This document shows, in pieces, positions 1 to 10,632 of a stretch of 64,000 bases of DNA (position 1 is its first letter; the number at the start of each line of letters is the position of its first letter). A model generated the notes under the pieces. That model was given only the letters and a program-made list of their open reading frames with translations, was not told the DNA's origin and did no database searches. Origin of the DNA: Clostridiales bacterium. GTDB lineage: Bacteria > Bacillota > Clostridia > TANB77 > CAG-508. The stretch spans positions 25,256-89,255 of the forward strand of contig SFKP01000010.1 of assembly GCA_004553715.1 (NCBI GenBank), given 5' to 3'. The position numbers were made by a program, and so were the translations under genes.

Positions 1-781
1 CGTTTCTATGTTCATTACTACTTGCTCCATATAAATACCATATTTTGTTTCCATACATTATATCAATAATTCCTGCAATTGGCTTTCCTTCATAATATGC
101 CATCATAAGTTTCATATGATTTGGCACCAAATAGTCGTACATTCTTTCAAAATATGAAAGTGGTCTTGTCATAAAATTATCTCTTTTACCTGTTACTTTC
201 ATAATCTCTTCAAAATCTTTTAAATCTCTTTTAGTTCCTTCTTTTATTATAACACCTTTTTTTTCTGCTAATCTTATATTATATCTAGTTTTAGAGTAAA
301 ATTTATTAAATACCTCTTCTTCTGTTTTATCTTTTATATTTAATCTAAAAACATACCTTGGATTTATAGCCTCACTAAATGTTTTAGCCTTATCATTTAA
401 TTTAAATCCACATCTTAACATGATTTTCTTAAATTTTTCGTCACTACTTTCAATGTCTGGCTCCATTTCTAAAGTAAAAACTTTTTTTAATTTTGCAAGT
501 TCTTTTATATCATCAGTTAATTTTCGTAAAACTTTTTCATCATGTATATCACAAATTGGGCCTCTTGGGATGTACATTAAATTTCCAAAAATCGGAATTT
601 TCCTTATTAATGTACTTACAGATGCAATTATTTCCCCTTTTTCATCCTCTACTATTATTATTTCATTTTCCCAATTTTCTTTTACATCTGCCCATTCAGT
701 AGATTGTTGGAAATTGCATCTTTCATTACTTTCTAAAAAATGCCTATACTCATTTTCTCTTTTCTTATCTAATAGTTTCAT
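1..781 (-). CDS. FemAB-family peptidoglycan branch aminoacyltransferase (5' part only; runs off window start)
   Basis: My translation of the reverse strand gives MKLLDKKRENEYRHFLESNERCNFQQSTEWADVKENW...AGIIDIMYGNKIWYLYGASS, which is typical of the FemA/FemX family. The ATG is at 779-781. It is missing from the ORF track because no stop falls inside the window. Confidence 0.6.
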   Translation of the reverse strand, partial: MKLLDKKRENEYRHFLESNERCNFQQSTEWADVKENWENEIIIVEDEKGEIIASVSTLIRKIPIFGNLMYIPRGPICDIHDEKVLRKLTDDIKELAKLKKVFTLEMEPDIESSDEKFKKIMLRCGFKLNDKAKTFSEAINPRYVFRLNIKDKTEEEVFNKFYSKTRYNIRLAEKKGVIIKEGTKRDLKDFEEIMKVTGKRDNFMTRPLSYFERMYDYLVPNHMKLMMAYYEGKPIAGIIDIMYGNKIWYLYGASSNEHRN

Positions 782-803
782 TCCCATTCCCCTATAGTTT
801 AAT

Positions 804-1286
804 TTATAAAGATAAAATAACTTTTTTATCTTTTGTTTCGTATTGTCTATATACTACATTACTTAATTCTAACATTTTTTTCGATACTTTCGTTGCTTCA
901 CTGTTTGCATATTTATCTTCTTTATATATTATTTCCTTAATTCCAGATTGTATAATCGCTTTTGCACATTCATTGCAAGGAAATAAATTTACATATAATT
1001 TGCTTCCTTTTAAACTTGTACCTGTATAATTTAATATCGCATTTAATTCTGCATGACAAACATATGGATATTTTGTATTTTCAAAATCTCCTTCTCTTTC
1101 CCATGAAATATTATCATCTGAACAACCTGTTGGAAATCCATTATATCCAATAGATAATATCTTATTTTCATCATTTACTATACATGCTCCGACTTGGGTA
1201 TTAGGGTCTTTACTTCTTTCTGCTGATAATTCTGCAATACCCATAAAATATTCATCCCAAGTAATATAATCTTTCCTTTTTGGCAT
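804..1286 (-). CDS. comEB: deoxycytidylate (dCMP) deaminase
   Basis: HAELNAI and PCNECAKAI zinc-binding deaminase motifs; 160 aa. Confidence 0.8.
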   Translation of the reverse strand: MPKRKDYITWDEYFMGIAELSAERSKDPNTQVGACIVNDENKILSIGYNGFPTGCSDDNISWEREGDFENTKYPYVCHAELNAILNYTGTSLKGSKLYVNLFPCNECAKAIIQSGIKEIIYKEDKYANSEATKVSKKMLELSNVVYRQYETKDKKVILSL

Positions 1287-1321
1287 CTAATACTCCTCCA
1301 TCTTTGCTCTATTTTTTTAAA

Positions 1322-3792
1322 TTATCCTGCTGTATCTGTTGAATTGGTAATTTTATTATCTCCTGGTTCATCTGGATTTTCCGGTTTATCTGGTTCATCT
1401 GGATTTTCCGGTTCATTTGGTTTATTTGGTTCATCTGGTTTATCTGGATTTTCCGGTTCATCTGGCTCTGTTGGTTTTTCAGGTGGTACTATCGGTTCTT
1501 CTATTATAGTCTGTTTATGTTTTGTACACATTTCTTTTATTGTTAACATATAATCTTTATCTCTTGCGCTTTGCCATGATAAATCTGTATCAGCATTTGG
1601 TCTTGTAATAAATACTTTTGTTACTCTATTTGTACAATATTCGTTTGCAAGTAATCCAGTATCTTCACATATATCTACCATCACATGACATGAACACGTT
1701 TCTTTTGGTTCTGTCCCTTTTACAAAATATTCTGTATAGGTTCTATCTCCTCTTTGATCATGTGTACATGCTTCTGTTGGTATCAATCCTGAATCTCTAC
1801 ATACTTTTACACTAACTACTCCATTTGGTCTAGTATTAGAAAAATATTTTGATTCTAAGGTAGAGTGAATTGGTTTCATTACAGCTGCCCAAATATGCGC
1901 TGCTGGATTTCCGCTATATCTTACTGTTTCTGGTTGGTCATATCCAAACCAAGCAGCTGCTGTATAATATGGAGTAAATCCACATAACCATCTATCATTG
2001 CCTTCATCTGTTGTTCCTGTTTTTGCTGCAACACTCATATTAGAAATTTTACAATTTGTTGCAGTTCCCGCTTTTACTGGTTGTGTTAAAACTTCTTTTA
2101 CAACATAAGCTGCTGCAGATGACATTACAGTTCTTGTTTCTTGTTTTGCTTTTAAAATAACATTTCCATCTGAATCTTCAACTTTTGTGTAATATGTCGG
2201 TGTAATATATACTCCGTCATTTGCAATTGCAGCATAAGCTCCAGCCATTTCTAATGGCGATATTCCATGTGTTAAGCCTCCTAATGCAAGTGGCAATTTT
2301 GTATCTTTTTCATCATCTAATGTAGTTATTCCTACGCTTTTTAAGAAGTTTATACTTCTCTCTATTCCGATCATTTGAAGTCCTTTTACCATAGGTATAT
2401 TCTGTGAAGATTCTATTGCATATCTTGTAGTAAGTAATCCTTTGTAAACTCTACCACTATTTTTTGGTTTATAACTTCCAAATGATGTTGGAACATCATC
2501 GAAAACAGTTGCAGCAGTAATAATTCCGCTATCAATTCCTGGTGCTAATACTGCTAATGGTTTCATTGCAGATCCAGTTTGCCTTACACTTTGTGTTGCT
2601 CTATTTAATCCAAATGCAGTTTTTTCACCTAATCCACCTACTGTTGCTAAAACATTACCTGTTTTATGGTCTATTAATACCATTGCTGCTTGTGATGAAA
2701 CATATTCTCCATCTTTATTTTTTGTCTTTTTTGATTTTATTTGATATTTAGTATCAGCAAAAACTTCTTCCATTTGTTTTTGAATACCAGAATCTTGTGT
2801 TGTATATATTGTATACTTGCATATTTATATGTCCAATCATTTTTCTCCATAAAATCATTTATAACTTGGTTAATAGCTGCATCTGAATGATATGAATATA
2901 CATTTTGTCTTATTGTTCCTTTTTGGAAAACTAAACCTTCTTCTATTTGTTGTTTTGCTTCATTATATTCTTCATCTGTTATTGTTAATTCTTCTACATC
3001 TCTTAACTCATAAATTTTACTTAACACTGTTAAAGTTCTGTTTTTAATTTTTGTCTTATCTGCTTCTTCTTCTGAAAAAGGCTTATAATATTCTGGTGAA
3101 TTATTTATACCTGCTAAAAATGATGCTTCTGCCAAATTTAACTCTTTTGCAGATTTGCTAAAATAATAGTTAGATGCAATTTCAACTCCAAAAGTGTTTC
3201 CTCCTAGATAAATTAGATTCAAATATTGCTCTAAAATTTGGTCTTTTGACATCTGCTCTTCAAGGTAATATGCCCTTGCCATCTCTTTTACTTTTCTTTC
3301 CCAAGTTCTGTCTTTTTCTTTTGTTGCATTTTTTACTAATTGTTGAGTAATAGTACTTCCACCATAGCTTGCAGAACCTATTCCAATTTTGCTTAAAGCA
3401 TATTTTACAGTAGCTGCAAATGATCTTTTTATATCGACTCCACCATGTTTATAAAATCTCTCATCTTCTATTGCAACAAATGCTTTAGGTAAATATGGTG
3501 ACATTTCTGAAATAGATATAATTTCTCTATTTTCATCACCTGTTAATGTTGCAATAACTATCCCATCTTTATCTTTTAGTATGCTATTTTCATTTTTTAT
3601 TACAAAATTCTCTATACCTAATTTAGCATCTTTTATAACTCCAAATACTTTACCACAAAATATCCCTACTGCAACTAGTATTGCAAAACATAATGTAATT
3701 AGCATTATTTTTATTGCTTTCTTTACCTTTGGTTTTAATTTATACGTCTTCTTTTTAGTTTTATCTTTTTTATTATATTTTTTTATAGGCAT
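1322..3792 (-). pseudogene. Class A penicillin-binding protein (GT51 transglycosylase + transpeptidase), split by a frameshift at about 2775-2830
   Basis: ORF 2737..3792 carries the GT51 motifs (EDERFYKHGGVD, GGSTITQQL). ORF 1322..2773 carries SAMKP, SQN and KTGTT. The second frame is actually open upstream as ICKYTIYTTQDSGIQKQMEEVF, the usual PBP1A linker. The two frames differ by one nucleotide near tatgcaagtat, most simply a 1-nt deletion in an A run. Confidence 0.75.
1340..1500 (-). repeat. Imperfect 9/18-bp tandem repeats encoding the Pro/Glu/Asp-rich C-terminal tail of the PBP (PEKPTEPDEPENPDKPDEPNKP...)
   Basis: Visible repetition of ggttcatctggattttccgg-type units. Confidence 0.6.
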
Positions 3793-3832
3793 ATTTCCCC
3801 CTCCTCCTTTTATTTTTTACATTATATTATAT

Positions 3833-4714
3833 CTACATGTTTTTTTCAACAAAATCTTCTAATATATCTTTTAAATTTGTAACCATCTTAGCACCATCTT
3901 TTATAAGCTCATTTGTGCCATAAGAATTTATACTAGTAATGTTTCCAGGTACTGCATAAACAGTTTTCCCCTGTTCTAAAGCATAGTCTACGGTTATAAA
4001 AGTTCCACTTTGTTTTGCCGCTTCTACTACTAATACTCCATCAGACATACCACTTATAATTCTATTTCTCTTTGGAAAATTTGTTTTTTTTATCGCACTT
4101 CCTACAATAAATTCGGAAATAATTGCTCCTCCTGTTTTAATTATTTTGTTTGCCAATTCTTTATTTTCCGCAGGGTAAATTGTATCTAACCCTGTTCCTA
4201 ATACTGCTACAGTTTTCCCATTTCCACTTAAAGAACCAATATGAGCACTTGCATCTATTCCTCTTGCCAACCCACTTGTTATATTAATTTCATATTTTGA
4301 TAGATTTTTCGCAATGTCTTTTGCAACTTGCATACCATAAAAGCTACAATTTCTAGAGCCAATTATTGCAAGAGATAAATTATTTAATATATTCTTATCT
4401 CCCTTTAAATATAATACTATTGGTGGGTCATAAATATGTTTTAATTTTTCTGGATAAAATTTATCGTATATCGTTAAAATTTCAATGTTGTTTTCTAAAA
4501 GATATTTTTCATATACTTCTAAGTTTTCTTTATATTTTTTATTTAGAATTACATCTAAATGTTCTTGTTTGATTCCAAATTTTTTTAGCTTAGTTTTCGT
4601 TAATTTCCATATTTTATCTGGCATTTTATATTCATCTAGCAACTTTTTTAAAACTATAGGTTCAATTTCATTTCCTAATCTTGATAACCATATCCAATAC
4701 TTTTCTTTGTTCAA
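3833..4714 (-). CDS. dprA: DNA processing protein DprA/Smf
   Basis: 293 aa; Rossmann-like core with GLARGIDASAHIGSL and AVLGTGLDTIYPAEN. Confidence 0.8.
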   Translation of the reverse strand: MNKEKYWIWLSRLGNEIEPIVLKKLLDEYKMPDKIWKLTKTKLKKFGIKQEHLDVILNKKYKENLEVYEKYLLENNIEILTIYDKFYPEKLKHIYDPPIVLYLKGDKNILNNLSLAIIGSRNCSFYGMQVAKDIAKNLSKYEINITSGLARGIDASAHIGSLSGNGKTVAVLGTGLDTIYPAENKELANKIIKTGGAIISEFIVGSAIKKTNFPKRNRIISGMSDGVLVVEAAKQSGTFITVDYALEQGKTVYAVPGNITSINSYGTNELIKDGAKMVTNLKDILEDFVEKNM

Positions 4715-4746
4715 GCTATCTCCTTATCTCTTTTCCCCCTATTTAC

Positions 4747-5586
4747 TTACATTCCTGCTGCTTTTACGATGTTTGTCATAAGCATTGCGATTGTCATTGG
4801 TCCTACTCCTCCTGGAACCTTTGTAATATAGCTTGTAATAGGTGCAACCTCATCAAAATCAACATCTCCTACAAGTTTTCCATCTTCTAATCTGTTTGTA
4901 CCTACGTCTATTACAACTGCGCCCTCTTTTACCATATTCTTTTTAACAAATTTAGGTCTTCCAACAGCTGATATTAATATATCGGCCGTTTTTGTTATTT
5001 TATCTAATTCTTTGGTTTTTGAATGGCATATTGTAATTGTTGCGTTTTTATTTAAAAGACACTGTGCCATTGGTTTTCCAACAATATTGCTTCTTCCAAT
5101 TATTACAGCATTTTTTCCTTCCACATCTATATTATATTCTTCTAGTAATTTCATTACCCCAAATGGTGTGCATGAAACAAATCCATCTTGATTTAAGCAT
5201 AATCTACCAACATTTACAGGATTAAATCCGTCAACATCTTTTTCTGGAACTATGCTTTTAAAAGCTAAATTTATATCTAAATTATTAGGAATTGGACTTT
5301 GTAATAATATACCGTGAACATCTTGTCTTTTATTCAATGTATCAATTAGTTTTAGAAGTTCCTCCATTTGTATTGTATCTTTTAATAAAAATTCTTCATA
5401 TTCTATTCCTATTTCTTCGCAGGCTTTGCTTTTATTTCTTACATAGATTTTAGAACTAGGATCTTCTCCTACCATTATTACTGCAAGTTTTGGATGAATA
5501 CCTTCTAATTTTAATTCATCTACTTTTATTTTTAAATTACTTCTTATTTTTTGTGCAAGTTCTTTACCATCTAAGATTTTTGGCAT
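4747..5586 (-). CDS. folD: Bifunctional methylenetetrahydrofolate dehydrogenase/cyclohydrolase
   Basis: 279 aa; MPKILDGKELAQKIR...VIMVGEDPSSKIYVRNK is typical of FolD. Confidence 0.9.
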   Translation of the reverse strand: MPKILDGKELAQKIRSNLKIKVDELKLEGIHPKLAVIMVGEDPSSKIYVRNKSKACEEIGIEYEEFLLKDTIQMEELLKLIDTLNKRQDVHGILLQSPIPNNLDINLAFKSIVPEKDVDGFNPVNVGRLCLNQDGFVSCTPFGVMKLLEEYNIDVEGKNAVIIGRSNIVGKPMAQCLLNKNATITICHSKTKELDKITKTADILISAVGRPKFVKKNMVKEGAVVIDVGTNRLEDGKLVGDVDFDEVAPITSYITKVPGGVGPMTIAMLMTNIVKAAGM

Positions 5587-5600
5587 ATTTTATTCTCCTT

Positions 5601-7052
5601 TTATTTTTTTAATTCTTCTAAAAACATAGTATTTAACATTTGTGGGTTTGCTTTACCTTTTGTTTGTTTCATAGCTTGACCTACTAAAAATCCTAACGCT
5701 CTATCTCTTCCAGCTTTATAATCTGCAATAGATTGTGGATTTTCTTCTAATATTTTTAAAACTATTTCTTTTATAGCTCCTTCATCAGAAATTTGTATTA
5801 ATCCTTTTTCTTTTATTATTTCTTCTGGATCTTTTGGGTTTACTGTCATTTCTTCTAAAACAGTTTTTGCAATACTTGTACTAATAGTTTTCTTATCTAT
5901 TAAATTAATTAGTTTCCCTAATTGTTCTGCTGAAAATGGTAATTTATCTGCTTCAATTCCTTCTTCATTTAATATTTTAATAATATCAGACATAATCCAA
6001 TTACTAACAGCTTTTGGATTGTTACAAACATTATTTGCTCTTTCAAATAAATCTGATAAGTGTTTTGAACTTGTTAAAATATTTGCATCATATTCTGGCA
6101 GTCCAAGTTCTTCAATATACCTTGCTTTTCTTTTTTCCGGCATCTCTGGTAAAGTTTTACTAATTTTCTGTACATATTCATCTGAAATTCTAATCATTGC
6201 TAAATCTGGCTCTGGAAAATATCTATAATCTTGCGCATCTTCTTTATCTCTCATTGAAAATGTTTTTCCAGATACATCATCCCATCTTAAAGTTTCTTGA
6301 GTAATAATTCCTCCATTTTCCAATACCTCTATTTGTCTTTCTGATTCATATTCTATTGCTCTTACTATTGACCTAAATGAGTTCATATTTTTCATTTCTG
6401 TTCTTGTTCCTAATTCATCTGTTCCCTTCTTTTTTACAGAAACATTAACATCAGCTCTTAAAGAACCTTCTTGCATTTTGCAATCTGATACTTCTATATA
6501 TTCTAATATAGATTTTAATTTTTTTAAGTATGCTTCTGCTTCGCTTGCAGATGATATATCTGGTTCAGAAACTATCTCTATTAATGGAACTCCTGCTCTA
6601 TTTAAATCTACTAAGCTTCCTCTTCCATATTCATCATGATTTAATTTTCCAGCATCTTCTTCTATATGAATTCTTACTAATCTTATCTTTTTAGGTCCAT
6701 TTTCTGTTTCTATTTCTACAAATCCATTTGTACAAAGTGGCATATCAAATTGTGAAATTTGGTATGATTTTGGTAAATCTGGATAGAAATAATTTTTTCT
6801 ATCGTTTTTACTTTCCTTTGCTATTGTACAATTTGTAGCAATTCCTGCTTTTATCGCATATTCTACAACTTTTTTATTCAAAACAGGTAATGCTCCAGGC
6901 ATTGCCATACATACAGGACAGCAATGTGTGTTTGGTTCTCCTCCAAATTCTGTTGGACAAGAGCAAAATATTTTTGTTTTTGTTGAAAGCTCGCTATGTA
7001 CTTCTAGACCTATTACTATATCATAATCTTCTTTAGACATTTTGTTATTCAT
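5601..7052 (-). CDS. gatB: Asp/Glu-tRNA amidotransferase subunit B
   Basis: 483 aa; N-terminus YDIVIGLEVHSELSTKTKIFCSC. Confidence 0.9.
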   Translation of the reverse strand: MNNKMSKEDYDIVIGLEVHSELSTKTKIFCSCPTEFGGEPNTHCCPVCMAMPGALPVLNKKVVEYAIKAGIATNCTIAKESKNDRKNYFYPDLPKSYQISQFDMPLCTNGFVEIETENGPKKIRLVRIHIEEDAGKLNHDEYGRGSLVDLNRAGVPLIEIVSEPDISSASEAEAYLKKLKSILEYIEVSDCKMQEGSLRADVNVSVKKKGTDELGTRTEMKNMNSFRSIVRAIEYESERQIEVLENGGIITQETLRWDDVSGKTFSMRDKEDAQDYRYFPEPDLAMIRISDEYVQKISKTLPEMPEKRKARYIEELGLPEYDANILTSSKHLSDLFERANNVCNNPKAVSNWIMSDIIKILNEEGIEADKLPFSAEQLGKLINLIDKKTISTSIAKTVLEEMTVNPKDPEEIIKEKGLIQISDEGAIKEIVLKILEENPQSIADYKAGRDRALGFLVGQAMKQTKGKANPQMLNTMFLEELKK

Positions 7053-7057
7053 CCTTT

Positions 7058-8509
7058 CTATTTTTTAAAATCTGGTTTGTATTTTTCTCTAAACTTAAAT
7101 GCTTGTTCAAATGCATAAGCTATTTGTAGCAATTTATCTTCTTCGAAGTGATTTCCTATTAATTGAAGTCCTATTGGTAATCGATTACTATCTACTCCAG
7201 ATGGAATTGAAATTGCTGGCAATCCTGCAATATTTACAGGCACTGTATACAAATCTGCAAGATACATTTCTAATGGATTATCTGATTTTTCTCCTATTTT
7301 AAAAGCAGTTGTTGGTGATGTAGGTGTAAGAATTACATCATATTTTTCAAAACCTTTTTTAAATTCATTAATTACCAAAGTTCTTAATTTTTGTGCTTTT
7401 TTGTAATATGCCTCATAATATCCTGATGAAAGAACGTAAGTACCTAAAATTATTCTTCTTTTTACTTCATCTCCAAAACCTTCTGTCCTAGAATTTACAT
7501 ACAATTCTTTTAGGCTACTAAATTCTTTAGCTCTATGGCCATATCTTATTCCATCAAATCTTCCTAAGTTTGAGCTTGCCTCTGCACAAGCAATTATGTA
7601 GTATATCGGAAGCATATAATCTGCCATTGAGAAAGAAAATTCTTCTACCTTGGCTCCTAAATTTTTATAAATTTCTATTGCATTTAATATGTTCTCTTTT
7701 ACTTCTTCATTAATTCCTTTTTGGAAGAACTCTTTTGGGACTCCTATTTTTAAGCCTTTCACTCCATCTTTTAAATGTGCTAAATAATCTTTTTTATCTA
7801 CATTTGCTGAAGTTGTATCTTTTTTATCATGTCCCGCAATTAATCCTAAAAGTAATGCGCAGTCTTCAACATCTTTTGTTGCAGGTCCAATTTGGTCAAG
7901 TGATGAAGCATATGCTACTAATCCATATCTTGAAACTAATCCATAAGTAGGTTTTAGTCCTACAATTCCGCAAAGTGAAGCAGGTTGTCTTACAGAACCT
8001 CCTGTTTCACTACCTAGTGCCCATGGAAGCATATTACTTGCAACAGCAGCAATACTTCCACCAGATGAACCACCTGGTACTCTTGTTAAATCCCAAGGAT
8101 TTTTTGTTTTTTTGAAATATGAATATTCTGTAGAAGAACCCATTGCAAATTCATCCATATTCATTTTGCCCATCATAATAAGTCCTTCATCTTTTAATTT
8201 TTCCACAACTGTTGCATCATAAGGTGATACAAAGTCTTCAAGCATTTTTGAAGCACAAGTAGTTTTTACTCCTTTTGTACAAATATTATCTTTAATTCCT
8301 ATAGGAATGCCCTCATACTTTTTCCTTTCTGCTTCAATATTTTTCGCTGTTTCTTCTGCCTCTTTATCTAACAAAGTAATAAATGCTTGTATATCTTGTT
8401 CTTTATTGTTTATTCTTTCAATATAGCTTTTTGTTATATCCTCTGGTGTTATTTCATTTTTTTCTAACTTTTCTAATAATTCATGAACTGTAAGCTCATA
8501 AAGTTCCAT
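7058..8509 (-). CDS. gatA: Asp/Glu-tRNA amidotransferase subunit A (amidase signature)
   Basis: 483 aa; [13 protein letters not shown] amidase signature. Confidence 0.9.
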   Translation of the reverse strand: MELYELTVHELLEKLEKNEITPEDITKSYIERINNKEQDIQAFITLLDKEAEETAKNIEAERKKYEGIPIGIKDNICTKGVKTTCASKMLEDFVSPYDATVVEKLKDEGLIMMGKMNMDEFAMGSSTEYSYFKKTKNPWDLTRVPGGSSGGSIAAVASNMLPWALGSETGGSVRQPASLCGIVGLKPTYGLVSRYGLVAYASSLDQIGPATKDVEDCALLLGLIAGHDKKDTTSANVDKKDYLAHLKDGVKGLKIGVPKEFFQKGINEEVKENILNAIEIYKNLGAKVEEFSFSMADYMLPIYYIIACAEASSNLGRFDGIRYGHRAKEFSSLKELYVNSRTEGFGDEVKRRIILGTYVLSSGYYEAYYKKAQKLRTLVINEFKKGFEKYDVILTPTSPTTAFKIGEKSDNPLEMYLADLYTVPVNIAGLPAISIPSGVDSNRLPIGLQLIGNHFEEDKLLQIAYAFEQAFKFREKYKPDFKK

Positions 8510-8579
8510 TTTTATAATCCTTCCTTTCTCTGCTACAAACTAGGTTGGAAAAGATTTATTTTTCAACCTTACTTCTTCT

Positions 8580-8864
8580 TTAAATTACCTTTGGTATTCT
8601 AAACATATTGTCTTCTTTGTCTTGTGCATTTTCGAGTAATCCTTTTTCATTTTCAAATGGAACTACTTCGTCTTCTCTAAATACATTTACATTTTCAATT
8701 GTTCCTATTGAAATATCTACATTTTGTGTATCTACTTTATTTATTGTATTTGCAAAGTTTAAAATATCTTCTAAATTTTTCTTATAATTTTCTAATTCTT
8801 CTTCATTAATTTTTAAATCTGCAAGTTTTGCGATATGCAAAATTTCTTCTCTTGATATCTCCAT
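8580..8864 (-). CDS. gatC: Asp/Glu-tRNA amidotransferase subunit C
   Basis: 94 aa; MEISREEILHIAKLADLKINEEELE; first gene of the gatCAB operon. Confidence 0.85.
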   Translation of the reverse strand: MEISREEILHIAKLADLKINEEELENYKKNLEDILNFANTINKVDTQNVDISIGTIENVNVFREDEVVPFENEKGLLENAQDKEDNMFRIPKVI

Positions 8865-9006
8865 TTTTGTAATCCTTCCTTTCTCAAGACATATACTGGG
8901 TTGGAAAAGATTTATTTGCCAACCTTATCTCTTCTTTCTTAATTTATTATTATATAATTTATGGTAAAAAAAAACAAGTGCATAAAGCTTATTTATCTAT
9001 TTTTTT

Positions 9007-9150
9007 GTTACAGTTCAGACTAATTAATATATAATCCGCTCCATCTTGCTGTCGGTTGAACATTTTCTTTTCTTAGGCTAAAGTACGAAAAGAAAATGTC
9101 CAACCGACACGTGGAGCTACTAATTTGAAAATTTTGGCCTGAACATTAAC
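9007..9150 (+). mobile_element. MITE-like element, copy A (144 bp)
   Basis: 5' GTTACAGTTCAGAC ... 3' GTCTGAACATTAAC terminal inverted repeats. Internal stem of about 40 bp (gctccatcttgctgtcggttggacattttcttttc / gaaaagaaaatgtccaaccgacacgtggagc). Flanked by an AT-rich direct repeat (atttttt). Confidence 0.8.
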
Positions 9151-9172
9151 ATTTTTTATTTTGAAAACAGAT

Positions 9173-9229
9173 TTGACATTTTATGGAAACTATATTATAA
9201 TATATTTATAATGCGTTAAGTGCGCATTA
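9173..9229 (+). promoter_or_regulatory. Consensus sigma-A promoter plus a palindromic operator
   Basis: TTGACA (9173-9178), a 17-nt spacer, then TATAAT (9196-9201). The inverted repeat TAATGCG-N7-CGCATTA (9209-9229) follows immediately, and an AAGGGAGG RBS precedes the ATG at 9254. Confidence 0.6.
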
Positions 9230-9253
9230 AATAAAAGGGAGGAGATTTATTTT

Positions 9254-9601
9254 ATGAAACCAAAATCTCATTTTAAGTACTTCATCTGCTCCAATTGTGG
9301 AGCAACAGCTTCAGGGAATCCTTCCCAGGCGCCCATCTGTTGTGGCAACTCGATGTTAGAAATATCGAGGGAAATACATGATCAGCAGGCTGAAGCTAAT
9401 AAAGCTGCATATAGAATCAAAAGCCAGCAGGAAGCAAGGGAAACTATCCCCCAAAAAACCTATTGGCATTGCAAAGCCTGTGATCGCTTTACGGTCTCTT
9501 ATTCTTCTGAAGAAACGCCACCTAGGTGTCTAAACAAGCATTGCTCCAGTTACAGGAGCAATATTAGAATGGAGAAGGTAGAGTCATCTTTCCTCTCTTA
9601 A
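9254..9601 (+). CDS. Small Cys-rich (zinc-ribbon-like) hypothetical protein; GC-rich, probably foreign
   Basis: 115 aa with a strong RBS. Cys pairs at CSNCG, ICCG, CKAC and CLNKHC. Local GC is about 45-55% against about 27% around it, and the codons are atypical (cag, ccc, gcg). Confidence 0.6.
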   Translation: MKPKSHFKYFICSNCGATASGNPSQAPICCGNSMLEISREIHDQQAEANKAAYRIKSQQEARETIPQKTYWHCKACDRFTVSYSSEETPPRCLNKHCSSYRSNIRMEKVESSFLS

Positions 9602-9610
9602 GTGACAATA

Positions 9611-9648
9611 GCCCCGACAAGCTTTTTGCTAGTCGGGGCTATCTTTTA
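9611..9648 (+). terminator. Rho-independent terminator
   Basis: agccccgac-loop-gtcggggct stem followed by a T run. Confidence 0.7.
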
Positions 9649-9656
9649 AATTTGTT

Positions 9657-10538
9657 TTATGCTCTTGGATGAGCCTTTTTATATATGTTTTTTATTGATT
9701 CATCTTGAAATTGCATATATACTTGTGTAGATGATATGTCTGAATGTCCAAGCATAGTTTGTATTGATTTTAAATCTGCACCATTTTGAAGTAAATGTGT
9801 TGCAAACGAATGTCTTAACACATGTGGTGTTATGTCTTTTGTTATATGTGCTTGTTCTTTATAATATTTTATAATCTTCCAAAAGCCTTGTCTTGTTAAT
9901 CTACATCCATTTGTATTTACGAACAAAGCCTGTTCATTATCATCTTTAATTAAATATTTTCTAGAATTTTCTATATAATCTGTTAAAGCTTGTAATGAAA
10001 GTTTTCCTAATGGAATTGTTCTTTGTTTGTTTGCTTTCTTACAGAAGACATATCCATTTTCTAAGTTTACATCTGATAAATCTAATGAAATTATTTCGGT
10101 AACTCTCATTCCTGTAGCATAAGCAAATTCTAGCATTGCCTTGTCTCGAATTCCTTTTAAATCAACATTTTTAGGTTGTTCTAATAATAATGACACTTCT
10201 TGTGAAGAAAGGATTGTTGGTGCTTTTTTTTCAATTCTTGGTAATTGTATTGATTTTGTTGGATCTTGTTTTACTTTTTTATTTTTTAATAAATATTGGT
10301 AAAATAATCTAATAGAGGCTAAATGTCTTGATATTGTAGTAGGTTTTTTATTTATATCTTTTAAATATGTTAAATAATTTTTAACATCATTTTCTTGTAC
10401 TTTTAAATATTTTATATTATTGGTATCTAAATATTCTTTAAATTGAAGAACATCCCTTCTATATGATTCGAAAGTATTTTCTGATAGTTTTTTATCATTT
10501 TTTATAAATTCCAAAAATAATTCAATTTGTTTTTCCAT
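9657..10538 (-). CDS. xerD: Tyrosine site-specific recombinase XerD
   Basis: 293 aa; LSENTFESYRRDV, ATGMRVTEI and HVLRHSFATHLLQNGADLKSIQTMLGHSDISSTQVY. Adjacent to spoIIM, as in Bacilli. Confidence 0.8.
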   Translation of the reverse strand: MEKQIELFLEFIKNDKKLSENTFESYRRDVLQFKEYLDTNNIKYLKVQENDVKNYLTYLKDINKKPTTISRHLASIRLFYQYLLKNKKVKQDPTKSIQLPRIEKKAPTILSSQEVSLLLEQPKNVDLKGIRDKAMLEFAYATGMRVTEIISLDLSDVNLENGYVFCKKANKQRTIPLGKLSLQALTDYIENSRKYLIKDDNEQALFVNTNGCRLTRQGFWKIIKYYKEQAHITKDITPHVLRHSFATHLLQNGADLKSIQTMLGHSDISSTQVYMQFQDESIKNIYKKAHPRA

Positions 10539-10632
10539 TTTAATTTCCTTTCTGTATACATAATGTTAGTATTATTTATATCAAAATATTAAAAAAAAGT
10601 AAATAGTTTTAGTAGAAATTTATCAAATTTTA

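Noticed and set aside
420-797. Plus-strand ORFs 420..797 and 493..702, and similar low-complexity ORFs antisense to real genes (for example 1344..1553, 25355..25561, 46919..47257, 55343..55618, 56015..56215, 57279..59437)
   Set aside because: They lie antisense inside well-supported genes. They have low-complexity, F/L/I/S-rich translations typical of AT-rich antisense frames and lack RBSs.
2737-2830. Programmed -1 ribosomal frameshift in the PBP1A gene
   Set aside because: There is no X XXY YYZ slippery heptamer and no downstream structure. A single-base homopolymer deletion explains it.
9254-9650. GC-rich segment 9254-9650 as a structured ncRNA (tmRNA, RNase P RNA or 6S RNA)
   Set aside because: It has a perfect RBS and a 115-codon ORF with paired CxxC motifs. 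I see no tmRNA tag or pseudoknot hallmarks and no RNase P conserved motifs. It ends in a simple terminator.
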